A stretch of DNA of 64,000 bases from Haliotis rubra (lineage: Eukaryota). A model generated the notes under the pieces. The model searched no databases, was not told where the DNA came from, and saw nothing but the letters and a program-made list of their open reading frames with translations. Below are positions 12,409 to 24,100 of this stretch, one piece after another (the stretch's first letter is position 1; the number at the start of each line of letters is the position of its first letter). The DNA lies in contig NW_025767346.1 in assembly GCF_003918875.1 (NCBI RefSeq), forward strand, positions 248,001-312,000. Direction: 5' to 3'. The translations under genes were made by a program, and so were the position numbers.

Positions 12409-13780
12409 TAGTAACAGTAGTAGTAGCTTCTGCAGAGAAGTAAGAAGTAGTTGTAACAGTAGTAGTCGAATTGAACAAAAGAGAAAATAGTACAAGAAGT
12501 AGTAGGAGAGTAGTACAAAAAGAAGAAGAAGTAGTCGAAGTAGTAGCACAGAGGAAGAGAAGTGTACAAGATCAAAGTAGTCAAAGTAGTACAAGAAGGA
12601 AGAAGTAGTCAAAGTAGTAGTAGTACAAAGAGGAAGAAGTAGTCAAAGTAAGTAGTAAGTACAAAAGGAACAAGTAGTGAAAGAAGTAGTAGAAGAAGTA
12701 CAAAAGAGGAAGAAAAGTAGTCGAAGTAAGAGTAGTGCAAGTACAAAGAGGGAACAAGTAGGAGTAGTAGTACAAAGAGGGAAGAAGAAGTGAGAAGTGT
12801 AGTGAGTACAAGAGGAAGAAGTAGTCAAAGTGAGTACAAGAAGTGAGGTCAAGTAGTAGAAGTAAGTACAAAGAGGAAAAGTAGTCAGTAGTAGTAGTAC
12901 AAGTTATGTCACAGTAGTAGTAAAGGTTGGGAAGAAGTGTGAGTCAAAAAAGTAGAAGTAGAAGTAGGAGTAGTAGTACAAGAGGAAGAAGTAGTCAGAG
13001 TAGTAAAGTAGTAAGATGGTAGTAGTACAAGAGGGAAGAAGTAGTCGAAGTGGTAGTAGTACAAAGAGGAAGAAGAAGAAGTAGTCGAAGTAGAGGAAGT
13101 GAGTACAAGTAGGAGTGAGTAGTCAAAGAAGAAGTGTCGAAGTAGTACAGGAGGAAGAGTAGTCGAAGTAGTAGTAGTAGTAGTAGGAAGAAGTAGTTTA
13201 AACAGTAGTAGTAACTGCTGCAGGTTGAAGTAATCGAAGTAGTGGTGGTAGTAGTAGACAAGAAAAGAAGTAGTCGAAGTAGTAGTAGGAGTAGCAAGTA
13301 CAAGAGGAAGAAGAAGTAGTCGAAAGTAGTAGTAGTAGTAGTAGTTGTTAACAGTAGTAGTAACTGCTGCAGGTTGAGTAATCGAAGTAGTGGTGGTAGT
13401 CGTAGAAAAAAAGAAGTAGTCGAAGTAGTAGTAGGAGTAGTAGTACAAGAGGAAGAAGTAGTCGAAGTAGTAGTAGTAGCACAAGAGGTAAGAGTAGTAA
13501 GTGTAGTAAAGTTGAGTAGGGAATAGAATTAGTCAAGTAGAAAGAAGAAAAGAAGTAGTCGAAGTAGAAGTAGGAGTAGTAGTACAAGAGGAAGAAGTAG
13601 TCGAAGTAGTAGTAGTACAAGAGGAAGAATTAGTCGAAGTAGAAGTAGAACAAGAGGAAGAAGTAGTCGAAGTAGTAGTAGTACAAGAGGAACAAGTAGT
13701 CGAAGTAGTAGTAGTACAAGAGGAAGAAGTAGTCAAAGTAGTAGTAGGAGTAGTAGTACAAGAGGAAGAAGTAGTCATGT
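10390..13780. repeat. Compound (GTA)n / GTACAAGAGGAAGAAGTAGTCGAA satellite filling a gene B intron; middle part is indel-rich
   Basis: Read directly; it produces all the Y/T/L-rich pseudo-ORFs here. Confidence 0.9.
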
Positions 13781-13815
13781 AGCTGTGAAAGCAGTAACAA
13801 TAGATGTTAAAGTAC

Positions 13816-13955
13816 CTCCTGTATATCGTTGCATGAGGTTGTTACTGCTGGTGCTGCTGGTGCTGGTAGTGACGCTGATGACAGAGTCTTCCACGCATAC
13901 ATCATTAGAAAGACGCTGACTATGGTGTTCAGCACAGTCAGAAGGAAGGAGATAT
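13816..13955 (-). CDS. 2-TM coiled-coil gene B, second-TM exon
   Basis: ttttAG acceptor (phase 1) and GAG|GTACTT donor (phase 0). (D)ISFLLTVLNTIVSVFLMMYAWKTLSSASLPAPAAPAVTTSCNDIQE. Confidence 0.8.
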
Positions 13956-15027
13956 CTAAAAGACAAAAACATATGCAGACATGTGGCATAAATCATTAAA
14001 GAGCAGCCATTCAAAATTAAATCACTTGCTGCCCCGTTCTGAAATACGACATAATGTGTTGAAGCCTTCCACCAACCCGAGTGGATATTCAGAAAAGGAA
14101 ATGGACGTTTACGCGTTACGGTATACCTATTTGTTTGTTGTTTGACTCGTTCAAATATTCATTGAAGACCTATCTTTTCAGGACATATTACGAGTGACTT
14201 GTACAACTGCTGCAGTTGTTAGCTGTACACACGGCGCCCCATGAGCATACACTTTTAATAGTGTGTGGATACGGCGCCATACAAATGGACATGATTATGG
14301 CTTACGCTGCACTCAGCAGTATTCCAGCTACATGGTGGCGTCCTATAAATAATCGAGGCTGGACCAGACAATCTAGTGATTGACATCGATGTGTATACAT
14401 GTAACTGAACCGTAATCTAATCAAACAGCAAAGAACACCGATTAGCACAGACTACATTCTTGCATCGAATTACGTTGAAACCCATGAAGTAATTTCTTGG
14501 TCGTGTTTCATTGACTTGCTACCACTCGGTCTTTACTTAACAACTGCTTATCAATATATCCTGAGTTGGATATACATGATTTGTGTGTTTGTTGTTTTAC
14601 GCCGCACTCAGCAATATTCCAGATATATGGCGGCGGTCTGTAAATAATTTAGTCTGGACTAGACAACCCAGTGATCAACAGCATGAGCATCGATCTCCGC
14701 TATTGGGATACGACATGTGTCAACCAAGTCAGCATGCCTGAACACCCAACCCCGTTAGTCGCCTCTTAAGACAATCATGAGTTGCTGAAGATCAGTTCTA
14801 ACCCGGATCTTCACGGGTGAGACAATCATGGGTTCCTGCAGATCAGTTCTAACCCGGATCTTCACGGGTGGAAATACACAATGCCTTTCAGAAAGAGGTT
14901 AAATGTAACGTATGTCAAACTGATCATTACACTTTCTGAATAATGACCTGGTCTGGTATTTATTGGGGGCGAGTTCCATGTGGGTTTCGAACCCACACTG
15001 CCAGCGTGTCTGTCTGAGCGTACTCAC

Positions 15028-16705
15028 CGTGATATGCTGATTTGCCTTTCAGCTGACTCAGCTCAGCCTTGGTCATGGCGCCGTCTAGTTCCTCCCCGTC
15101 TAGTTTCCTGTCAGTGTTGTCATGCTTTCCCGCAAATTCTGCCACTTTCTTGTTTGTGGCGTTGCGGTGCTTTTGAAACTCTACATATGTCCAATTCGCC
15201 CAAACAATGTGAGCTTTTATAAGATCTCCATTTGTGCTGGTGTTCCGTTGGACTTGTTCCACTTCTTGATGGACAACGTCTATGTCTTGTTTGAGGGTCG
15301 GTATTTCCTTAAGCACAAGCTCATTTCTCCAAGACGCTAATGACTCAACACTTTGTTTTGTTACGTTCAATTGTGAAGAAAGATGTTCAGCCGTTATATT
15401 TATTGCGGTAATGTTTGATGTGATATTTCCCACTGATTGTGTCACTGCTTCAAGCTTCTCGGAGTTACTAAAGACCTGCGTCCGAACAGACTCAGTTAAA
15501 TGTTGAAGGCTATTTACATTTTCCTGAAGATTTGCGACGTCAAAACCCAAAACCTTAGATACGTTCTTCAACGTTTCCACTTCTCTCTTCACAGAATCAT
15601 TTTCGTCCATAAATTCTTTCTCCCTTTTATGGATTTCGTTTATGTGCTTATGGAACTCAACATATTTGTCTTTTGCCAATAGAATATGACCTTGAAGTAA
15701 TCGTGAACTCTCACTTGCATTTTGTCTCGCCTCCTCCAGCAATTTACGATTATCTGTTATGTTCTGTTTAATCATGGGCAATTCCTTCTCAGAGATCTCA
15801 GTTCTCCAAGACAGTAACAAAGCCGTGCTTTCTTTCATAGCCTGATCCATGGTTGACATTGTACTATTGATGCCAGCCATTTTTGTGGTGATGCTTTCCA
15901 CTTCCAGTGAAAGTTCCTGTACATTCCTTGCATTTTCTGCCGCAGCCTTCTCAGCATCTTCGGCCATCTTCCGTGTGGCATCTCCCGTATCTGCAATCTG
16001 CCTTTCCCGTGCGTCTAAGTCAGCAAGCCTTGCGGACACGGCTGTAACATTATGGGCGAGCTCTGAGACAGTGGTATTAACAGAGGTGACATTGATGGAA
16101 ATATTTCCTACATCCTGCACCAGTGCATCAACCTTCTCCAACCAGCCTTCGACGCCACGTGTCGCATCTTTTGCATCTTGTCGGATTTTCGGCAGTTCCA
16201 AATTCACAATGTCAGTTTTCCAAACATCAATATTTTCAACACGATTAGTCAAGGACTCCATCTGATCAGAGAGTTTTGAGACCGTTGAGTCCAGTCTGTT
16301 TACACTGTTTGTAAGTTTCTCCAATTTTTTGGGGTGATCTTCAGTTATATCCTTGTGATTCTGTGTATTATGACCAGGTTGGGATACAGCCTCCTCCCCA
16401 TCCTCTTCTAACTCGTGAACTCTCTTTTCCAACCTGGCAACTCTTTCTTCCATAACTTTCGACTGCTTAGCGAGTTCCTCAATTGTATAACCCTTACGTT
16501 TCAGGCGAGTGCGACATGTTTCCGTGCTTCCAAGTGTCTTGTCGTTCCTCTCCGACTTTTCAAACGTTTGTTTCAAACATTGTTTCTCTGGGCCATGTTT
16601 GTAGAAAGGGTATGGAGAAGCGTCTGGAATACCCCAAGAAAGCACGCTGATCAGGAAGAGAATTGTGATGAAGAGCATCAATGTAGTCCTGTCTCTAATT
16701 GCCAT
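15028..16705 (-). CDS. 2-TM coiled-coil gene B, large exon (signal/TM1 + about 535-aa glycosylated coiled coil). Model: 16705-15028, 13955-13816, 9741-9420, 9033-8786 = 795 aa
   Basis: Acceptor at 16711-16710; ATG at 16705 (MAIRDRTTLMLFITILFLISVLSWG); about 16 N-x-S/T sequons; donor CACG|GTGAGT. All phases are compatible (2388 nt). An upstream exon is unresolved. Confidence 0.85.
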
Positions 16706-17419
16706 TACGCTGAAATGACAAGTGAAAGATAACATCATTGGACATCACATTGTAGCTATGATATGCTGGAGGGAGGGAGTATGGTTTTACGCCGCTTTTA
16801 GTAATATTCCAGCAATATCACGGCGGAGGACACCAGAAATGGGTTTCGCACATTGTACCCATGTGGGGAATCGAACTCGGGCATTCGGCGTGACGAGCGA
16901 ACACTTTAAACACTAGGCTACACCCCACCCACCCCCACCCCACCCAGTCCCAATGATATGCTGGAACTCATGTAGGCATTTATATTGTAAAATGTATTTA
17001 TCTTCACAAATATTGCATACCCGCATATTTCTATTTGCTTTAATCAAAGTAAATCTACAAAAAAAATATAATAGGTAAGTTTTTATAGCTATAAATCACC
17101 ATCAGAAAGATTACATATGAGACCGTTTTGTGTCATAAAAGCTGATATTTAATGTCGGTTAGCCTACATCTGTTGTTGTTCTACCCAGAATGGGAACAGC
17201 GAAACACAATGGTTCTCATAGAACGCTATATATAATTTTGAAAGTAACAAATAAACCCGTTTAAATTGAAAGGGAATCCCAGTGAAATGGGAAATCCTGA
17301 ACCTGATGGAATTTAGGCTTGCTTCATTTACTGCTTTAGCATTGCAGGGAGGGCTGGGCAGTAAGGACAATAATGTGGTTCAGCAGAGACCAGTCTAATC
17401 TATGGTCTCTCAGTTCAAT

Positions 17420-17662
17420 ACCCGTGAAGGTCCGGGTTAGAATATTGATCTTCAGTAACCCATGCTTGTCGTAAGAGGCGACTAACGGGATCGGGTGGTC
17501 AGGCTCGCTGACTTGGTTGACACATGTCATCGGTTCCCAATTGCGGAGATTGATGGTCATGTTGTTGATCATTGGATTGTCTGGTCCAGGCTAAATTATT
17601 TACATACCACCGCCATATATCTGGAATATTGCTGTGTGCGGCGTAAAACTAAACTCACTCAC
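17420..17662 (+). mobile_element. Non-tRNA short retroposon family 2 (ACCCGTGAAGRTCCGGGTTAGAA...GCTGGAATATTGCT..GCGGCGTAAAAC)
   Basis: Many full or partial copies: about 4510, 14590-14870, 19060-19270, 33485-33690, 36795-37030, 40270-40495, 42490-42710, 50500-50750, 52245-52470, 56225-56440, 58065-58205 and 60743-61135. Confidence 0.85.
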
Positions 17663-17919
17663 TTCTCAGTTCAGGGACTGTGAGATAGACTATGGTTGTC
17701 ACCATGGCCTTCTCGAGTTATTTCCCTTGAATGATCAAGGCATCTAGCTTAAGTTTCTCTGTGGCCCGACATGCTTGTGTCTCTACCGTGTAAACTATAA
17801 GTATCGTATCACACATTGTGTACCTTGTGAGCCGCTATGGCGCCAGTAACTTATCAGCGTCGATTCTTCCAATAGACTTTGTCTTTTGTGCCACGTATCA
17901 TTCCAACAAAATGAAACAC

Positions 17920-18023
17920 ACTGGGAATCCCACAGGGAACTACATACTATATGACCTCTGACCCTGGCCCTGAAGCGAGCATCATGTAATCGTAATTTGA
18001 CCTAAATTCGAGTTCCAGGAAAC
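17920..18023. promoter_or_regulatory. Gene B / GTPase-1 intergenic module: kB site GGGAATCCC, TGACCTCTGACCC, TGACCTAA, GAS site TTCCAGGAA
   Basis: Motifs at 17923, 17952, 17998 and 18013. The kB-to-TGACC spacings of 29 and 75 nt are identical to gene A. Extra kB-like sites at 17272-17280 and 17289-17297. Confidence 0.6.
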
Positions 18024-18522
18024 GGGAACCATATGCAACTGACTAAATGCAACGTGTACATGCTATTTGATGACAGAATGTGCGAGACAGATTGAGGAGG
18101 TAGGTTGTTGTTGTAAATGTGTGAACATCTATAAATAACCTAATCTATAAAAGATTTATTGATAGCGGTGATCATGCTCAAGAGGGCGTGGTCTGTCGTT
18201 CTTCCTTTTTTATCAAGTGGGTAGGTAGGTATAGGCAGGTATGTGGGTAGGTAGGTACAGGTAGGTATAGGCCAGTGAGTGAATGAGTTTTACGCTGCTT
18301 TTAGCACTATTTCAGCGATATCACAGTGGGGGACACCAGAAATGGGCTTTGCACATTGTACCCATGTGGGGAATCGAACCCAGGTCATCGGCGTGACGAG
18401 CAAACACTTTAACAACTAGGCTACCCCACAGCCTAGCCTTTGAGGATTCAGCCATTAACAATATCAATTACTTATTTAAACTACCAATCATAAAAGTACA
18501 TCTATTTACAAAAATATATTAA

Positions 18523-18755
18523 TTAAAATTTGTCAATCAATTCTACCTCTTTTAAATATTCAATCTTAAAATGGTAATTAAGATTATGAAAAAGATCCTT
18601 CAATGGTTTGACATTAAAATATTTACCAGTTGTGATGGAAAAATCAACACAGTCAAGTAGGACATGCTTGACCGTGATTCTTTCATCACAAGGGATGCAA
18701 AACGGAGGATCCTGACCTTTCAATAATTATTCTGAGTGTAAGTGTGTATATCGCG
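18523..18755 (-). mobile_element. 3' fragment of an I/Nimb-clade LINE ORF2 (C-terminal CCHC knuckle)
   Basis: KGQDPPFCIPCDERITVKHVLLDCVDF...KYFNVKPLKDLF. Confidence 0.65.
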
Positions 18756-19269
18756 TAGGGAACTGCTGCAGGAGTGAGTGAGTGAGTTTGGTTATACGCC
18801 GCTTTTAGCAATATTCCAGCAATATCACGGCGGGGGACACCAGAAATGGGCATAACACATTGTACCCATGTTGGGAATCGAACCTGGGTCTTCGGCGTGA
18901 CGAGCGAACGCCTTAACCACTAGGCTACCCCACCTCCCCAACTTCTGCAGGAATGAGTAATGGTTGAATAGACACAATTAAATTCAACGTACGTACGTAT
19001 AGACGTATCTTGCTCAATCATTACATTGTCGTACTATATGTTACAGATATGTTTGTTTTTGTTTGTTGTTTAACGCCGCACTCAACAATATTCCAGTTAT
19101 ATGGCTGCGGTCTGTAAATAATCAAGTCTGGACCAGACAATCCAGTGATCAACAGCATGAGCATCGATCTAGGAAATTGGTATGCGATGACATGTGTCAT
19201 TCAAGTCATTGAACCGGACCACCGTATCCCGTCAGTCGCCTCTTACGACAAGCATGGATTGCTGAAGAT

Positions 19270-19783
19270 GTATAAATAACTCCTTGTAGAAATCTATATT
19301 GAAAATCTAAAAGTTTTGTGTCTTGCAATCCTTTTCTGTATGCTGTAAATATATTTTTCCAATCAAAGTCTATTTCAGGAAATAGCAGCTGCCATTTATT
19401 ACACATATTTGGGTGTATATCATTGGAAATAAGTTTATCATAAAAAGTCCTTCATCCTGAAGTGATGTTTTTACTAGATATATCTGGCATTGGTTAATAT
19501 TTAAATCCCTGGCTGGTATAAAAAGACAGTGGTTAAGAGCATTTATCCAAGAGTCAGGTAAGACATGTAGTTAATATTTATAATCTAAAAAAGTGCTTTT
19601 GATACCATATATTTCTTTTAAAGATTCTATTGACAATAATCCAGTTTCATCACAAATATCCCAAATATTTATAATTCCTTTATCTGCCCAGTTATTTATG
19701 AAGTTTAATGAATTTTTTAAATTATGATTAAACCATAATGGTTGGGATTTGTGCACAGTTTCCTGGGCTACCTGGTACCACAA
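19270..19783 (-). mobile_element. Degraded L1/Tx1-type LINE ORF2 C-terminal fragment
   Basis: QPLWFNHNL...WADKGIINIWDI and W..IF....LQDTKLLDFQYRFLQ motifs, broken by stops. Confidence 0.65.
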
Positions 19784-19846
19784 CTACACCAGTCAGCCCT
19801 GCAAACCACACATTGCCTGACTTAAAGAGAGAAAACACCAGAAGTC

Positions 19847-20079
19847 ATGGACCATCAAAAGCGACGGCTTCAGGCGCAGATAAAGGACAATTTACAGAAG
19901 ATTGGACGGCGACTAAATGGACGACCTATGACTGTGGCTTTTATTGGAACCATTGGAGTTGGCAAGTCTTCCCTAATCAACACCATCGCGACGGCCATGG
20001 GCACCGGATTTTGGCAGCAACACGCTTACACTGGAGGCCACGGGGGTCAGGCTGACCCGGTCACGGCAGTCATCAGAAG
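19847..20079 (+). CDS. IFI44-like: IFI44-like GTPase 1, exon 1 (G1, G2). Model: 19847-20079, 20832-21166, 30148-30506 = 308 aa
   Basis: VAFIGTIGVGKSSLINTI Walker A; AG|GTACGG donor, phase 2. All three exons join in frame (927 nt). Confidence 0.85.
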
Positions 20080-20099
20080 GTACGGCTCTATAATATAAG

Positions 20100-20133
20100 G
20101 ATCATCATCATTGTCATCGTCACGATCACAATG

Positions 20134-20184
<51 letters not shown>

Positions 20185-20400
20185 ACATCAACGTCAACAC
20201 CACCACCCTCTACCTCGACCTCCCTCTTTTCATCATGATCATAATCGTCATCATCATGATCATCATCATCATCATCATGATCACGATCGCAATCCTCCAA
20301 CCCGATCTCCTCCTTTTCATCACCACCACCACAACCATCATCATCATCATCATCATCATCGTCATCATCATCATCATCATCTCCGTGATCGCAGTCCCTC
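20100..20400. repeat. (CAT)n microsatellite in GTPase-1 intron 1
   Basis: Read directly. Confidence 0.9.
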
Positions 20401-20831
20401 AACTCGTCTTTTAATCATCATCGCCACAACCATCATCTTAATCATATAAACCACAATTCTCCGCCACCATCATCATCAAGTCTGTAATGATCAACGCCAT
20501 CACAGTCATCACCATCAGCATCCGCAAAGTATGAGAGACTTTGTTCAGGAAGTGTATTATAATCACCAAACTCTCCAAAACATAATATGGTAACTTGTGT
20601 TGTATTTGTACAATCTCAAAGCTGCAAGTTAATTGCATCAGGTATAACATAATCATAGTTTATATCTGTTTCCCAATGAAAGCCGTTTAGTTACTCATAC
20701 GCTAAATCTCATGACGTAAAGACTAAGAGGATGTACATGTAATTTGAGTGTAAAAATAGCTAACCAGTTTTTATTGCAGTTTCCATTCATTATCATGCTT
20801 CTGTCGTGTTGTACCCTGTGTATGTCCGTAG

Positions 20832-21166
20832 ATATCCACAATGTTGCCGACCGGAAGAGCATCGTAACCAGCTCTTCCCAACTCTAATGGACGTCCAGGG
20901 ACTTCCGGATCATCCTGACGCCATCTGGCGGGAGGCTCTGTCCCTTTTGTTCTATGGGCATATTCCCGAGGAAGCAAACCTGCACGACGTGGTAGACTAC
21001 CTACAGGCCAGGGATGACATACGGCGTCCGAGGTACATTCGAGGTCGCGACCGCCTGAAGGTGGACCGGGTTGTCGTTGTTGCCTCTGCCCAGGAACATT
21101 TACCCAAGGGTCTGCTTGAATCTGTTGTTAAGATTGCCAGGCCTGTTAGCGGACGCAGTCGAAGAG
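20832..21166 (+). CDS. IFI44-like: IFI44-like GTPase 1, exon 2 (G3)
   Basis: gtAG acceptor. YPQCC...PTLMDVQGL...LLFYGHIPE...LKVDRVVVVASA. G|GTTAGT donor. Confidence 0.85.
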
Positions 21167-21199
21167 GTTAGTGGCATGTTTTCCTGTGGATGAAGAAAT

Positions 21200-24100
21200 G
21201 ACATTATATGTAGCAGGAATGACATTGGATGTAGTATGAATGACACTGGATGTAGTATGAATGACACTGGATGTAGTATGAATGACACCGGATGTAGCAG
21301 GAATGACACTGGATGTAGTATGAATGACACCGGATGTAGTATGAATGACACTGTATGTAGTATGAATGGCACTGGATGTAGTATGAATGACACTGGATGT
21401 AGCAGGAATGACACCGGATGTAGTATGAATGACACTGGATGTAGTATGAATGACACTGGATGTAGTATGAATGACACTGGATGTAGTATGAATCACACTG
21501 GATGTAGCATGAATGACACTGGATGTAGTATGAATGACACCGGGTGTAGTATGAATGACACTGGATGTAGTATGAATGACACCGGGTGTAGTATGAATCA
21601 CACTGGATGTAGCAGGAATGACACTGGATGTAGTATGAATCGCACTGGGTGTAGTATGAATGACACTGGATGTAGTAGGAATGACACTGGATGTAGTATG
21701 AATCACACTGGATGTAACATGAATGACACCGGGTGGAGTATGAATGACACTGGATGTAGTATGAATGACACTGGATGTAGTATGAATCACACTGGATGTA
21801 ACATGAATGACACCGGTGTAGTATGAATGACACTGGATGTAGTATGAATGACACTGGATGTAGTATGAATCACACCGGGTGTAGTATGAATCACACTGGA
21901 TGTAGCAGGAATGACACTGGATGTAGTATGAATCACACTGGATGTAACATGAATGACACTGGGTGTAGCATGAATGACACTGGATGTAGTATGAATCACA
22001 CCGGGTGTAGTATGAATCACACTGGATGTAGCAGGAATGACACTGGATGTAGTATGAATCACACTGGATGTAGTATGAATCACACTGGATGTAGTATGAA
22101 TCACACCGGGTGTAGTATGAATCACACTGGATGTAGTAGGAATGACACTGGATGTAGGATGAATCACACTGGCTGTAGCAGGAATGACACTGGGTGTAGC
22201 ATGAATGACACTGGATGTAGTATGAATCACACCGGGTGTAGTATGAATCACACTGGATGTAGCAGGAATGACACTGGATGTAGTATGAATCACACTGGAT
22301 GTAACATGAATGACACTGGATGTAGTATGAATCACACCGGGTGTAGTATGAATCACACTGGATGTAGCAGGAATGACACTGGATGTAACATGAATCACAC
22401 TGGATGTAGCAGGAATGACACTGGATGTAGTATGAATCACACTGGATGTAACATGAATGACACTGGATGTAGTATGAATCACACCGGGTGTAGTATGAAT
22501 GACACTGGATGTAGCAGGAATGACACTGGATGTAGTATGAATCACACTGGATGTAGCATGAATGACACTGGATGTAGTATGAATGACACCGGGTGGAGTA
22601 TGAATGACACTGGATGTAGTATGAATCACACCGGGTGTAGTATGAATCACACTGGATGTAGCAGGAATGACACTGGACGTAGTATGAATGACACTGGGTG
22701 TAGTATGAATGACACTGGACGTAGTATGAATGACACTGGGTGTAGTATGAATGACCCTGGATGTAGTATGAATGACACTGGATGTAGTATGAATGACACC
22801 GGGTGTAGTATGAATCACACAGGATGTAGCAGGAATGACACTGGATGTAGTATGAATCACACTGGATGTAGCAGGAATGACACTGGGTGTAGTATGAATG
22901 ACACTGGATGTAGTATGAATCACACCGGGTGTAGTATGAATCACACTGGATGTAGTATGAATGACACTGGACGTAGTATGAATGACACTGGGTGTAGTAT
23001 GAATCACACCGGGTGTAGTATGAATCACACTGGATGTAGCAGGAATGACACTGGACGTAGTATGAATGACACTGGGTGTAGTATGAATGACACTGGACGT
23101 AGTATGAATGACACTGGATGTAGTATGAATGACACTGGATGTAGTATGAATCACACTGGATGTAGCATGAATGACACTGGATGTAGTATGAATGACACCG
23201 GGTGTAGTATGAATGACACTGGATGTAGTATGAATGACACCGGGTGTAGTATGAATCACACTGGATGTAGCAGGAATGACACTGGATGTAGTATGAATCG
23301 CACTGGGTGTAGTATGAATGACACTGGATGTAGTAGGAATGACACTGGATGTAGTATGAATCACACTGGATGTAACATGAATGACACCGGGTGGAGTATG
23401 AATGACACTGGATGTAGTATGAATCACACTGGATGTAGTATGAATCACACTGGATGTAACATGAATGACACCGGGTGGAGTATGAATGACACTGGATGTA
23501 GTATGAATGACACTGGATGTAGTATGAATCACACCGGGTGTAGTATGAATCACACTGGATGTAGCAGGAATGACACTGGATGTAGTATGAATCACACTGG
23601 ATGTAACATGAATGACACTGGGTGTAGCATGAATGACACTGGATGTAGTATGAATCACACCGGGTGTAGTATGAATCACACTGGATGTAGCAGGAATGAC
23701 ACTGGATGTAGTATGAATCACACTGGATGTAGTATGAATCACACTGGATGTAGTATGAATCACACCGGGTGTAGTATGAATCACACTGGATGTAGTAGGA
23801 ATGACACTGGATGTAGGATGAATCACACTGGCTGTAGCAGGAATGACACTGGGTGTAGCATGAATGACACTGGATGTAGTATGAATCACACCGGGTGTAG
23901 TATGAATCACACTGGATGTAGCAGGAATGACACTGGATGTAGTATGAATCACACTAGATGTAACATGAATGACACTGGATGTAGTATGAATCACACCGGG
24001 TGTAGTATGAATCACACTGGATGTAGCAGGAATGACACTGGATGTAACATGAATCACACTGGATGTAGCAGGAATGACACTGGATGTAGTATGAATCACA

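Noticed and set aside
10431-13778. Tyr/Thr/Leu/Ser-rich ORFs
   Set aside because: Translations of a GTA/GAA microsatellite; the middle part looks like low-quality sequence.
17164-17370. Possible coding exon 1 of gene B (phase-compatible GTAGGC donor at 17167)
   Set aside because: No ATG, no similarity to the A or C tails, and it contains kB-like sites; left unresolved.
20088-20449. Poly-His / poly-Asp proteins
   Set aside because: (CAT)n microsatellite in an intron.
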